A stretch of 63,808 nt of DNA, filler included, from Nemertoderma westbladi (Eukaryota > Animalia > Xenacoelomorpha), in assembly GCA_032718475.1 (NCBI GenBank). It is 3 parts of 3 records of this genome, joined end to end, with 100 filler letters (N's around TTAATTAATTAA, not from the genome) between each part and the next. Parts side by side here need not be neighbours in the genome. Positions count along the whole stretch, not along the records: positions 26,344 to 54,787 come from JAUCBJ010008867.1; 2 more parts are not named here. One strand, given 5' to 3'. Of this stretch, positions 26,344-39,620 are shown in pieces. The notes beneath the pieces were generated by a model. That model had not been told where the DNA came from, did no database searches, and worked only from the letters and a program-made list of their open reading frames with translations. A program made the position numbers and the translations under genes. The first letter of the stretch is position 1, and the number at the start of each line of letters is the position of its first letter.

Positions 26344-26848
26344 TCTAATGTTATTTGATAGACCCTACATGAGTCAGCCTGTGTTCCTTTTATATGTGAC
26401 TAAAATCAGTGAAGATTGGCAGATTAGTGTGCAGTATTGTGCAGCATAGTGTATGAGTGAGTCTGTTAAAGAAGCAATTCCTAAAGAATGCGCCATATAT
26501 GTGGATTATAATTAAGCCATATCGTTGCGAGTAGTTTAAGTCATAACTCTGTTTATGTAGATAAAGCGCCACGTCCTAAAGGAACTGTTAATATTACCGA
26601 AGGTGAATAATATTGTCAGAGATTATATAATACTGTCAGTCGAATAATACATTAGGCTTACATAGCAATAAAAATTAAACCGTCGAACCCAATCTCCCGG
26701 GAATATCCAGCGGGTGAATGGTCGCGCACGGATTGGTTTCGACTAGTGTAGTGAATCAAATACTTGTCATAGACTAAAAAGCAGATTTATTATCTAGAAG
26801 ACATTCTAATTTGGCGGGTTAAACTGCCAAAGGTCTGAAAGCGCGAAC

Positions 26849-27731
26849 AGTACTAGATCGTGACAACAGTCGAAAACAGGCGAAAACAAGCGAAAACAGT
26901 TGGAATTTAGGGAAAACAGTCGAAAACAGTTCGATTGTTTAAAAATAATCATCCATACATCCAGGTGAAAATAGATATTGAAGTTAACTAGGTGTTAAAT
27001 AGATTTAAAATTTAGTGGCATTTATAATGTCGCTAACTTAAGTTGACCTACCCATGTACAATAACACTGCTCATATCAGCGCCCGTACTGCCGTACCGGT
27101 ACCTGTTGTAGTTACTGTGCCCGTACCGGTTGGGAAGTACCGTATTGAATTTAATATTATTGCAGAGATGCACTTTTATTGATTGTTATACAGTAGTAGT
27201 AGCTAGTACTGTAGGCCTAAGTATGAACTCCGTGTCTGTAAGAACGATACTAGGTACGTAAAATACATAGCACATAGGCCTATTTCATTTTCAGCATTAA
27301 ATAATTTTGTTTGTTCTGATAATGGCGAAACCGCTGGAAGCGAAGATTCCGGAACTTCGTACTTCAACTTTTTCTTCTATCGGTGCCGGTTTACGGGTGC
27401 CGGTACAATAGACTCACTGAATACTCTACTCTGTAGGCTTACTGCCGTACTGGTCCATAATCATGCATAATAATAATAATGATGCAACGGGTAATCAGTG
27501 TTATTGTACACGGGTTATGGGTAGAACGTCATCTTAAGTTAGCGACATTATAAATGCCACTAAATTTTAAATCTATTATAACACTTAGTTAGTTAACTTC
27601 AATATATATTTTCACCTGGATGTATGGATGATTATTTTTAAACGATCTAACTGTTTTCTACTGTTTTCCCTACATTCCAATTGTTTTCGCTTGTTTTCGC
27701 CTGTTTTCGACTGTTGTCACAATCTAGTACT
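26849..27731. mobile_element. MITE with ~220-bp terminal inverted repeats
   Basis: AGTACTAGATCGTGACAACAGTCGAAAACAGG... vs ...CCTGTTTTCGACTGTTGTCACAATCTAGTACT; inverted similarity extends to ~27070 and ~27497. Confidence 0.85.
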
Positions 27732-29089
27732 ATCCATCTCATGACACTAATTTCGCTACCTTTATTATGGGGTTATACGGTTTGGGAGTGGAGATTGTTA
27801 GGAATAATAAAGAGTCGACATACAGTAGGAAAAAAGTTATAGTACTAGGGTTACTTAAAACTTAAAGTTACTTATTTTTGTATTTAGTAGAAGGGATATT
27901 TTTCATTTTCTAATTAGATTTTCAGTTTGTTTGCTATTTTTATCTTCATTAGTGAATGAATTTATGTTGTTAAGATGAATTTTTTGGTTTACACCAATAA
28001 ATTAGTGTTATAGTTAACTTTACATTTATTGCTGTAATTTATTACTTTGGCACTCAAATATGTTAACAGCTGTATATAAAACGGGGTGTGTGTGCGTTGG
28101 TATCATATTATAATTAATTTATATTATAACATTATGTACCGGTAGGGGATACCTGGGTGGTTTGGCACGTGGGAAGGAATGGCATACATGCCTTTTAGAG
28201 GGACTTCCTGAATGTGGAGAGGGATTACTTCTTTACTCAACTTATACAGTAGTACTATACTATTTTTGAATTTGAAAACTGTAAAAATAATTCAATGTAA
28301 TGCAACTGTCATGTCGTTTCTCTGGATAACATTTTGTCCTTTTCCAATCAAACCGATAATTTGTATTATTTGCGTTTCAGTCAACCCCTTATCATAAGTG
28401 TCATCACTGGTACTTACCGTTATGGTCGTCAACTATTTGGTAGTACTACTGTATAAAGTTGACAGAATATGTATTTACTATAATCTTGTATAATTTGTAT
28501 ATCTATCATTCGTATTTATCAAGTTCCCCAGGTTGGGACGTTTGGCTAGGGATGTTTGGAATTTCACTGCATTGAACTTTTCTACTGCTGATAGTTACTG
28601 GAATAAATATTTGCAAATTTGGCTGTAATAATTGCATATACTGTAGAACAGGGCGTTTAAAGTAGGAAGCCATACCACATGTCTACTCTGCCTGACACTT
28701 TATCAACCGATATTTCCTGTTTCCCCTTCGTCGCCAATTGCCTTTACCTTACGTTCCATTTTTTGAACAATTTACCCCCATTTTAACCGCTAAAAAATTG
28801 CTAGCATCTTCGCTGCCAAGACTAAAATGTAGGAAGTTTTAATTAAAAAAAGTTGCGCTAGAATTTATTTAATTTTCCAAACCATATAAAATTAGTTCAG
28901 AGAATAGCAAATAGCCTAAATTATTACAATAAGCAAAATTAACATTTACAGTTGATTATGCAAGTAAAATTATTTGTTAGTTTTGCACTTACAAGTAGTA
29001 ACCATAGTAACACAACATACAGTATGCAAACAGACTCAGATTATTAGTTGCGCACCGCCATTATTACAACAACAACATTCTGCTACAGT

Positions 29090-30177
29090 AATAGGGTTGT
29101 TGCCCGAAAAAAATTGTTGAGCTAGAAACAATTTAATTAGGGGTAACGAGGTTCCCTGAATCAAATGGTAGCGTGTGTATTTTGTAAACACGAGGAATGG
29201 TCGAAGTGGCGGGAGTGGGATTAACTTTTTTACTAAACTTACAGTATAATACTACTGTATATTTGAATTTGAAAATTATTCAATGTAATGCAACTGTCGC
29301 TTCTCTGGATAACATTTTGTATTTTTTCCAATCAAACCGATTGGAAAGCGCGGGAAGTCAATTTTGATAATCGGCCGTGACTGGCTGCTACAGATTTTAT
29401 GTCACTACAACGTAGGCCCACTTTGATAATTTCTTATATTGGTTTCTATGGATAGTGATTTTCGAACCTTTTAAATACACATCAGATCTCAATCAGTGCA
29501 TCCATTATGCGTGAATTATTTCAATTGAATGTGGATTGTCTTGTGCGTCATTGGACACTATAATTAATGAAATTCATGATAAGGAACATTGATAAAATGG
29601 CAAGCTGTATTGAGCACAGTAAGGCTCTTCAGATTAGATTTAAAATAACACTAAACTTCCAATACCTGTCAGGGTCAGAGTATATACTGTACACTGTACT
29701 ACAATAATTGGCAGTAGGCTACTTGAATAATAAAAATGTGTACCGATCACCGGTAAAACCAACTTAATGAAGTAACCTACAAAATAGGATACTGCAAGAG
29801 TGCTTGCATAGCGATCAGGCAATCTGCCGAATTTGCAAATGTGAACAGCACTTTATCAATATTCATCTTCATTATTTGAATAAATTGTTGTCTCAAAAAA
29901 AGCGCAAGACTCTCTACTTTCAATTGATATAAGCCACGTGTGAAATGATTGAGATTTAATGTGTATTTGAATGGATCGAAAATCATCCTCCATACAGTAG
30001 AAAACAATATAAGAAATTATCAGAACACTTAGTAGGGCCTAGTGACGTAACATCTGGTCCCCGCGGTTACTCCGTGTTCTCACAAAAAAAACACTACCTG
30101 CCACTCGATTCAGGACACCTTATTACCCCTTATTCAATTGTTTCTAGCCCAACAATTTTTCGCGCAACAACCATATT
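29090..30177. mobile_element. Degenerate palindromic MITE
   Basis: GGTTGTTGCCCGAAAAAAATTGTTGAGCTAGAAACAAT vs ATTGTTTCTAGCCCAACAATTTTTCGCGCAACAACC; inner inverted blocks at ~29400-29500 and ~29945-30050. Confidence 0.75.
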
Positions 30178-30913
30178 GTTAATTTATAAAAACTATATAA
30201 TTCATGAAGTGAATAAATTTCTTCAATCAGTTCAATGATACAAAGGACATTGATTTGATATTTGTTTCCCATGCGTTAAGCGTTACAAAACGCCTTGGGA
30301 AACCATTTTGTGATGTCCTTTGAATTCACACTCAATCAATAATTATAATTATCGGTGAGGAAGAATGTATAGGTCTAGTAAATTCTCACATCCCGATATG
30401 GCAACATAATAACCGATATGGCAACATAACAACTGATATGGCACTCATAATGACAACCAAATACTGTAATAACATATACATACAGTACACACAGAGACAC
30501 ATTGTATAGACATCGGTGAGGATGTTTGATGTTTTTTGTACATGGCCGCCATAATACTACCAACAACGGTAGGCCTACCAATTTTCAGAGCAACCAAATT
30601 ATATATCATGGAAACTGTAATATAAATAATATTTATTAATTTTAAAATGCACGCGTTAGGACCCTAATAATAATTAGCAAATAATTCAAAACACCACTAC
30701 CACAGTTTCTATATGCGCAAAACTATTGGAGAGGCTTTTGAAGATTTCCTTGTTGCCTTAATAAAGGGCTAAAGTTGAAATGAATTGATCAGAATATCCT
30801 ATTAACTAAAAGTATTGCAAAACTTTCTGAAACAAATATCCCTTCAGAATTTCATTAAGTTTTTCTGTTTTGGAATCCAACTAATAATATAAATCTATAC
30901 AGACATTTAGAAG

Positions 30914-31708
30914 CTACACCATGGTACGATCTTGGTTGAGTTGTCGAATCAACAATACAGCCAGAATAATTCCCAATATTTCAATGACTAACACAACAGC
31001 AGCTATAGCAGATAGAGGGATTAGATTTTTCTTGATGAGGTCGCTGATTGCGGTTCCACAACCAGGCACCTCCATTCCAAGCTTCGGATTATCCCAGAAC
31101 GCGGGAGAAGCCTTCCTGCAATCCTGGTATTGTTTCTCAGTGTACGGGGTTTTCTTAGTGCCAATGCAACAGGAATAAGGAAGTTTCGTGCCGTTACGAA
31201 AACCTGCCTCATCCTTCTCAATTGGGGAATCTAGGTAATCTTTCTCGCTGTTACCTCCACAGCAATTCAGCTGTGATTGGATCGTAAAGACCCCTTCGAT
31301 GGCGATTTCTTCTTGCTTACTCGGTTTCATGTGGATCACCTGGTTGTAACTTTTGCTAAAGATAGTGACTAGGTCGTCCTTCTTAACAACGGCGAGAATA
31401 GCACCGATAATCTCTAAGATGATTAGTACCAGGAGAAGGAAGGCGAACAAATAGAGGAAGCATTTAATTTCTTTAATGGCACCGCAACAACCCAGGAAAC
31501 CAATAACGAAAGATGACGCCCCAACTATTATGAGAAGAATTGCAGCAGCTCTAAAGGTTGACACGTCCATGTGAGATTCAACGAGGACGCTTTTTAGATC
31601 AACCAGAGCTAGGATACCGATGATCAGAAGAACCAGACCGAATATCCAAAATATGAGGTTGAAGCCGAAGAGAAGGTACCTTATGCATTTAAACTCACAG
31701 ATATTCAT
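30914..31708 (-). CDS. Tetraspanin (CD63/TSPAN-like), intronless
   Basis: 264 aa; four hydrophobic TM segments, CIRYLLFGFNLIFW, GFLGCCGAIKE, large extracellular loop with CCG, PYSCC and GC. Confidence 0.95.
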   Translation of the reverse strand: MNICEFKCIRYLLFGFNLIFWIFGLVLLIIGILALVDLKSVLVESHMDVSTFRAAAILLIIVGASSFVIGFLGCCGAIKEIKCFLYLFAFLLLVLIILEIIGAILAVVKKDDLVTIFSKSYNQVIHMKPSKQEEIAIEGVFTIQSQLNCCGGNSEKDYLDSPIEKDEAGFRNGTKLPYSCCIGTKKTPYTEKQYQDCRKASPAFWDNPKLGMEVPGCGTAISDLIKKNLIPLSAIAAVVLVIEILGIILAVLLIRQLNQDRTMV

Positions 31709-32517
31709 TATTCTTTCTTTCTGTTTCTTTATAAATCAACTTCAATGCTAATGGGCTATCACTAATGATGAGATTGGATTTGCCAATTTATATTATGAAA
31801 GTATTTCAAAGAGTTTATAAAATAATTATATCCTAGGTAATTATATTATTAATATTATAGATAGACCTGATACTGACTTTTATGGGAATGCAAAAAAATG
31901 TCCTATTGTTATAAACAGTTCAGTTCTAATTATTTTATATTAGATATACTTTCTAACGTGTTCGTTCATGTTCACCTCTAGAGGGACACTGTAAAAGTTA
32001 TATGTAGGTAGATTAACTACGGCTACAGCCTTGTTAGTAAGTACCGGTATGCCAGTGGGCACACGGATGAATATAATAAGGTACTACGTTGCTGTTAAGA
32101 AGCATATATAACAATAAACAATGCTCATTAAATATATCAAGCCATCTGTTGTGTAAACCTTCCAAATACGCGCTCCCATGGTTTCATCTACTCTCTGGGA
32201 CTCTTGTGGTTTGTATAAAGGGCCCACCAGGTGGTTTTAGAATAATTATTTTATTTATTATTAATATATGAATAGCGCCACACATAGGCGAACTATAATA
32301 GCATCTGAGATAAGGTTTAGTTTGATGTTGATTTAGTTGTTCTCATTAACTTGTTTGTTATTCCATTCCTAGATTTCACCCAGCAGGCTGTATGATTGTG
32401 CATCGGTCGTACAGTACATGGTACATGAGTGGGGTCTTTGTCAGCTATATGCCAATTCTACTATTATAAATCGGCCTGCTGTATTGAAGCTCCTCATTGA
32501 GATTGCTAAGTCGGTTG

Positions 32518-32760
32518 GAGACAAGGGGAAAACTGGACGCAAATCACATCTCGACGAATTAATATCCCACCTTAATGTTAAATTATCAATTTTGAGAAAG
32601 GAGCAGTTTACAGTGGCACGGCACATGATTCTACCCAAAACAATAAACGACACTCAGTAAAACATGTTACGGTTTTATTTTTGGAGTAATCAGCTGGTAT
32701 TTGTGACAACCTTCCCCTGGAGAGGGATGAATTTTGATCGCGTCGAAAATTACCCCCCCC
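32518..32760 (+). repeat. Dispersed short repeat family, copy 1 of 3
   Basis: ACTGGACGCAAA...GAATTAATATCCC...AATGTTAAA...GAAAGGAGCAG...TTACAGTGGC also found at 41089-41201 (+) and 50190-50432 (-). Confidence 0.75.
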
Positions 32761-32859
32761 CCCCCCCTATCCGTTCAGAAAAACAAAAAACTTACTTGCG
32801 CTGTCAACATGAAGTCCACAATCGGCATGCTTCATTGCACCTTGTATTAATTAACCCAG

Positions 32860-33070
32860 CTATGTCGACTTATCGCAAAAATTCCAAAGCTACAACTCCC
32901 TATCCCCCATGAGATTATGCAAACTTCAAGACCAGTGCTGTGTCCTTTTAAGAAGCTTTTTCAATAAAGTCGTATGGGGCTGTCCATCATGATTATTTTC
33001 TCAATGGGGCTGCGAAAACACAAGTTTACAAGTACTATGCACAGCCTGGTCCTCAAGGTGATTTATTGTC
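32860..33070 (-). mobile_element. RTE-clade LINE 3' fragment
   Basis: Minus strand contains EDQAVH, GQP, LKDT and MGDREL segments matching the 3' end of the copy at ~16100-16290. Confidence 0.65.
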
Positions 33071-33260
33071 TTCACAAAGTAGGCCTACTGTATTTTACAA
33101 CATCACCTGTATCGTAACCAACAATAGATGCGAAGATATTGATGTGAAAGCAATATCCTGCATATAGTGGAGGCATACCAATATACAATATACTGTTGGT
33201 GCAGTAAGTATAATGCATACTGTATTCTGTCGCAGTGTCCGAGTGGATATAGAGCCTGAC

Positions 33261-36200
33261 ATCCTGGGTACCATGGACCCCGCCCTCTCCGACAGCCTCC
33301 ATCCTGGTACCATGGACCCCGCCCTCCACCCTGGGTACCATGGACCACGGCCTCCATGCTGAGTACCATGGACCCCGCCCTTTCCGACAGCCTCCACCCT
33401 GGGTACCATGGACCCCGCCCTTTCCGACAGCCTCCACCCTGGGTACCATGGACCCCGCCCTCTCCGAGGGCCTCCACCCTGGGTACCATTGATCCCGGCC
33501 TCCATCCTGGGTAACATGGACCCCTCCCTCTCCGACGGCCTCCACCCTGGGTACCATTGATCCCGGCCTCCATCCTGGGTACCATGGACCCCGCCCTCCA
33601 TCCTGGGTATCAGGGACCCCGGCCTCCATCCTGGGTACCATGGACCCCGCCCTCCACCCTGGGTATTAGGGACCCCGGCCTCCATGCTGGGTGCCATGGA
33701 CCCCGCCCTCTCCGACAGCCTCCACCCTGGGTACCAATGGACTCCGCCCTCTCCGACGGCCTCCACCCTGGGTTCCTTGGACCCCGCTCTCTCTGATGGC
33801 CTCCACCCTGGGTTCCATGGACCCCGCCCTCTCCGATGGACTCCACCCTGGGTTCATTGGACCCCGCCCTCTCCGACGGCCTCCACCCTGGGTACCATGG
33901 ACCCCGCCCTCTCCGACGGCCTCCACCCTGTGTTCCTTGGACCCCGCCCTCTCCGACGGCCTCCACCCTGGGAACCAATGGACCCCGCCCTCTCCGATGG
34001 CCACCACCCTGGGTTCCTTGGACCCCGCCCCCTCCGATGGCCTCCATCCTGGGTACCATGGACCCTGCCCTCTCTGACGGCCTCCACCCTGAGTAACATG
34101 GACCTCGACCTCTCCGACGGCTTCCAACCTAGGTACCATGGACTCCACCCTCTCCGACGGCCTCCACCCTGGGTTCCTTGAATCCCACTCTCTCTGATGG
34201 CTTCCATCCTGGGTTCCTTGGACCCCGCCCTCTCCGACGGCATCCATCCTGCGTATCATGGACCTCGCCCTCTCCGACAGCCTCTATCCTGGGTACCATG
34301 GACCCCGCCCTCTCCGACGGCTTCCACCCTGGGTACCATGCAACCCGCCTTCTCCGATGGCCTCCATCCTGGGTACCATTGACCCCGCCCTCTCCGACGA
34401 CCTCTATCCTGGGTACCATGGACCCCACCCCTCTGATGGCCTCCACCCTGGGTTCCATGCACCCCACCTTATCCGAAGGCCTACATCCTGGGTACCATTG
34501 ACACCACCCTCTCCGACAGCCTCTATCCTGGGTACCATGGACCCCACCCTCTCCGACGGCCTCCACCCTGGTTTCCATGCACCCCACCCTCTCCGACGGC
34601 CTCCACCCTGGGTTCCTTGGACCCCGCCCTCTCCGACGGCCTCCACACTGGGTTCCATGGACCCCGCCCTCTCCGACTGCCTCCACTCTGGGTACCATTG
34701 ACCCTTCCCTCTCCAACAGCTTCCACCCTGGGTACCATGGACCCCGCCCTCTCCGACGGCCTCCACACCGGGTTCCTTGGACCCCGCCCTCTCTGACAGC
34801 CTTCACCCTGGGTACCATGAACCACGCCCTCTCCGACAGCCTCCACCCTGGGTACCATGGACCCCGCCCTCTCCGACGGCCTCCACCCTGGGTTCCTTGG
34901 ACCCCGCCCTCTCTGACGGCCTCCTCCCTGGGTATCAATGGACCCCGCCCTCTCCAACGGCCTCCACCCTGGGTACCATGGCCCCTGCTATCGCCGACGG
35001 CCTCCACACTGGGTTCCTTGGACCCTGCCCTCTCTGACAGCCTCCACGCTGGGTACCATGGACCACGCCCTCTCCGACGGCCTCCACACTGGGTTCCATG
35101 AACCCTGCCCTCTCCGACTGCCTCCACTCTGGGTACCATTGACCCTTCCCTCTCCAACAGCTTCCACCCTGGGTACCATGGACCCCGCCCTCTCCGACAG
35201 CCTCCACCCTGGGTTCCTTGGACTCCGCCCTCTCCGGCGGCCTCTATCCTGGGCACCATGAACCCCACCCTCTCTGACGGCCTCCACCCTGGGTTGCATG
35301 CACCCCACCCTCTCTGACGGACTCCATCCAGGGTACCATGGACCCCGCCCTCTCCGACAGTCTCCACCATGGGTGTCATGGACACCGCCCTCCATCATGA
35401 GTACCATGGACCCTGCTCTCTCCGACGGCCTCCATCCTGGGTACCAATAGACCCCGCACTTTCCGACGGCTTTCATCCTGGGAACCATGAACCCCGTCCT
35501 CTCCGACGGCCTCCACCCTGGGTGCCATGGACACCGCCCTCCATCCTGAGTACCATGGACCCCGCCCTTTCCGACGGCTTTCATCCTGGGAACCATGAAC
35601 CCCGTCCTCTCTGACGGCCTCCATCCTGGGTACCATTGACTCCACCCTCTCTGACGGCCCCTATCCTGGGTACCATGGACCCCGCCCTCTCCGACGGCCT
35701 CCACACTGGGTTCCTTGGACCCCGCCCTCTCTGACGGCCTTCACCCTGGGTACCATGAACCACGCCCTCTCCGACGGCCTCCACCCTGGGTTCCTTGGAC
35801 CCCACCCTCTCTGACGGCCTCCACCCTGGGTGCCATGGACCCCGCCCTCTCCGACGGCCTCCACCCTGGGTTCCTTGGACCCCGCCCTCTCTGACGGCCT
35901 CCACCCTGGGTATCAATGGACCCCGCCCTCTCCAACGGCCTCCACCCTGGGTACCATGGCCCCTGCTATCTCCGACGGCCTCCACACTGGGTTCCTTGGA
36001 CCCCGCCCTCTCTGACGGCCTCCACGCTGGGTACCATTGACCCTTCCCTCTCCAACAGCTTCCACCCTGGGTACCATGGACCCCGCCCTCTCCGACAGCC
36101 TCCACCCTGGGTTCCTTGGACTCCGCCCTCTCCGGCGGCCTCTATCCTGGGCACCATGAACCCCACCCTCTCTGACGGCCTCCACCCTGGGTTGCATGCA

Positions 36201-36685
36201 CCCCACCCTCTCTGACGTACTCCATCCAGGGTACCATGGACCCCGCCCTCTCTGACAGTCTCCACCATGGGTGTCATGGACACCGCCTTCCATCCTCAGT
36301 ACCATGGACCCTGCTCTCTCCGACGGCCTCCATCCTGGGTACCAATAGACCCCGCACTTTCCGACGGCTTTCATCCTGGGAACCATGAACCCCGTCCTCT
36401 CCGACGGCCTCCACCCTGGGTGCCATGGACACCGCCCTCCATCCTGAGTACCATGGACCCTGCTCTCTCCGACGGCCTCCATCCTGGGTACCAATAGACC
36501 CCGCCCTTTCCGACGGCTTTCATCCTGGGAACCATGAACCCCGTCCTCTCTGACGGCCTCCATCCTGGGTACCATTGACTCCACCCTCTCCGACGGCCTC
36601 TATCCTGGGTATCATGGACCCCGCCCTCTCCGACGGCCTCCACCATGGGTACCATGGACCCCGCCCTCTCAAATGGCCTCCATGG
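33261..36685. repeat. GC-rich minisatellite, 40-bp unit, ~85 copies, with higher-order duplication
   Basis: CCACCCTGGGTACCATGGACCCCGCCCTCTCCGACGGCCT repeated; diagnostic variants recur at offsets of 978 and 898 bp. Confidence 0.95.
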
Positions 36686-37250
36686 AAGGGGGGGGGGGGG
36701 TGTGGGGGGGGGGGTGTGGGGGGGTGCGGGCTGGGAGTTTACCCATAGAATACTAAATATAGATATTTGGAGTTCCATGGTGAACCTGAATTAAGATGTA
36801 AATTAATGTGGTGAATGTGAAACACAAACCACCACAGTCAAAGAGAAAGCTCTCGCTCTTAGCTTTTACCTCTAAGACATTGAAGGCGCCACACTAACTC
36901 ACAATCGTGAACACTCCATAGCTATCTAACAATATCTTTACTCCTCCACTAGAAGCCAGGTTCCAATTGTACCGCGGGGTTTGAGCAAACAGAAGAGTCA
37001 ATGGCGCAAAAAGTGACCACAACCACAAACGATGTGTTTAGTGGGTTTAAAACTAATTTTATTTAAATTCAAATAAAACATTTCAGGGAAAGGATAGTTT
37101 GAAGTGGAGATCTTTTCACTTACGGTCTATGTGCACACTAATGTGGAAAGTTTCTGTTTTAGGATGACAACAGTGTTAAATTTCTACAGCCTTTAGTCGA
37201 AAACTTACAGCGGTTAGTCGAGTGTTTACAGCCAGACGCCAAACACTATT

Positions 37251-39000
37251 CGGCCCTTACATGCCAAAACCGTCTAACTCAATTTTTTTGAAAAATGACA
37301 TATGCATATATTTGGAATCAGAAAAACGAGGCGCATCTTTCTAGCCAAGTCTTAAGACGTAATTATGAAGTCCTAAGGAGATATATTTTTGCCAAAACCG
37401 TCTATCTCAACATCTGTCAATAATAGTAAATCCCAAAACCATCTATCTTTACTTGGATTGATTTGGGATTAAACACTAAGTTTGAATTTATGTTTTCCTT
37501 TATGCCAAAACCGTCTATCTGTGAATTCTATTCTATCTGTGTATTCTGCCTACTTGTATTCCGTTGGATTCAATATCTAATAATTAGTCATTTGTATTTG
37601 CCAAAACAGTCTATCTCTATGATCTACAATACAATAATGACTATAAACTAGCCTTATACATAGCCTACAATTATGCTTTTGCTATACCTGTTTTACTAGT
37701 TTCCTAAAATTTAATGCGCTATGCAACATCGTAAACGCCATTTACAGTATATAGCTACAGTATGTTAGTTTTCGTACCATGGTACCTTTCTGGCACCGAT
37801 CTCCAGATTTTTTGTGCTAAAATTTTCAAAAATTTTTATGACTAACTAAAATAAATTTATTTGCGGTATATCGCGTTTTAAGGATGTTAATGACGATTGT
37901 AGAACTCAAATTTAACATTCGGAACATTTTTTGTAATTTTGAATGTGCCCCCTGGGGCACGGAAAAACAAGTAATGATGATAATTTATGACATGATAATA
38001 AAAAATCAGCATAAAATCAAGCCAATTTTATGACCTTTATTGAAATTGTTGACTTTTTTTTGGTGTGCTGATCACGAATATGACACTGAAATATATCGTA
38101 CCTTGTTGATTATGGCATTTTTAGAAATGTGTCAATGTGCGGCATGAAAAATATAAATGTAGAACAAATTTGTTAATCAAAAATTATTACCAAATCAACC
38201 TTATTTCATGACATTAGGGGTTTCTGAGAAGCTGATCACGAATATGAGACTCAAAATATCATATTATCCAACCAAATTCAATTTTTGGCATTTGTAAGTT
38301 TTATGCTACAGTTGCATTTTTCGTCCCACCAGAGAAGCACTAAAAACGAAAGTTTCATTACCACTAAAGATTTTTAACGAGTAGTTGTATCACGATCTGC
38401 AACCTTGAAAACCATTATTACACAAACAAAGGCAAAATTTAACCGTATGAAATTTTTGCTACATCTACTTTTCATCCAAGGGTATCAGAATGGCCCCATA
38501 AATTACGTTTGACGTACGATAAATATTATTAACAGGTTTCAACGTGATCAGAGACCTCGAAAACCCATATACCTTTGGAATTATCAAACCAAACACAACA
38601 TATTTTTGTGTTCTAACCAATTACGTAATAAAAAAAAGCCGGGCCAGATAGGGTTTATATCTGAGATAGTCTGTTTTGCATGTAAGAATGCCTAGAACTT
38701 CAGGTTAAACAACAAATTTATACATGCCAAAACAGACTAACTCTGAGATAGACGGTTTTGGCATACAAATGTCTATGAAAATATAAAAGCAAATACGCTC
38801 TATCTCACATTACACTATGTAGATAGGAGTTTCAGTTAAAAATATGCTGTTCAAAGAATTCTACGACTATATATTACCTAATGACATCATTTCACAGGAT
38901 TTCCACCAATCAGGATTCAAATGACAGGCCTGGAATGTATTTTGCGTTTTTCTCAAAACTATGTAAAAATGAGATAGACGGTTTTGGCATTTAAGGGCCG
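37251..39000. mobile_element. Non-autonomous TIR transposon, Sola-like (4-bp TSD)
   Basis: TATT|CGGCCCTTACATGCCAAAACCGTCTAACTCA...TGAGATAGACGGTTTTGGCATTTAAGGGCCG|TATT; multiple subterminal TGCCAAAACCGTCTATCT motifs. Confidence 0.8.
37768..38653 (+). mobile_element. Truncated piggyBac-like MITE nested in the Sola-like element
   Basis: Colinear with 48187-49264 and ends in the same GCCGGGCCAGATAGGG terminus. Confidence 0.75.
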
Positions 39001-39049
39001 TATTGTGAAAGCGGTTCTGGCGCATTAGGGCAACGATTTGAACAATTCT

Positions 39050-39620
39050 TCGCGATTTTCTCTATCTTCTCAAACGTCGTGATTTTTGTGAAGATTGCGA
39101 AAATCGCGAAATTTCGCGATTTTCGCGACATATTTTGTGTTTAACAATACTATAGGTGGAGCTTCGCAAACGTCGCGATCTTCGCGATATTTTGTGTTTA
39201 ACAATACTATAGGTGGAGCTTCGCATACATTCGCAATAGAACATTCGCAAAGATCGGGACGATCTTTGCGAATGTTCTAGAATACTTTTTTTTAATGAAA
39301 GAAAACCGATTCATAACAAATATTATATTTTTATATTAAAACATTTATGTTCTAGAACAAATTATATTAGTTCTAGAGAAAAAAGTATTTTTAAAAAAAT
39401 CGCCAATATGTTCTAGAATATACTATAGGTGGAGCTTCGCAAACGTCGCGATCTTCGTGCAATTTTGTGTTTACCAATACTATAGGTGGAGCTTCGCAAA
39501 TGTCGTTACCAATACTATAGGTGGAGCTTCGCGAACGTCGCGATCTTCGCGATATTTTGTGTTTACCAATACTATAGGTGGAGCTTCGCAAACGTCGCGA
39601 TCTTCTCGAATGTTCTAGAA
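39050..39620. repeat. Interrupted tandem repeat, ~57-bp unit
   Basis: AATACTATAGGTGGAGCTTCGCAAACGTCGCGATCTTCGCGATATTTTGTGTTTA recurs about 6 times in two clusters. Confidence 0.85.

Noticed and set aside
28230-29342. ~110-bp sequence shared by 28230-28357 and 29238-29342
   Set aside because: Diverged dispersed repeat fragment with no defined ends or coding signal.
33072-36778. Dozens of overlapping ORFs up to 418 aa
   Set aside because: They arise in all frames from a stop-poor 40-bp satellite whose unit length is not a multiple of three.
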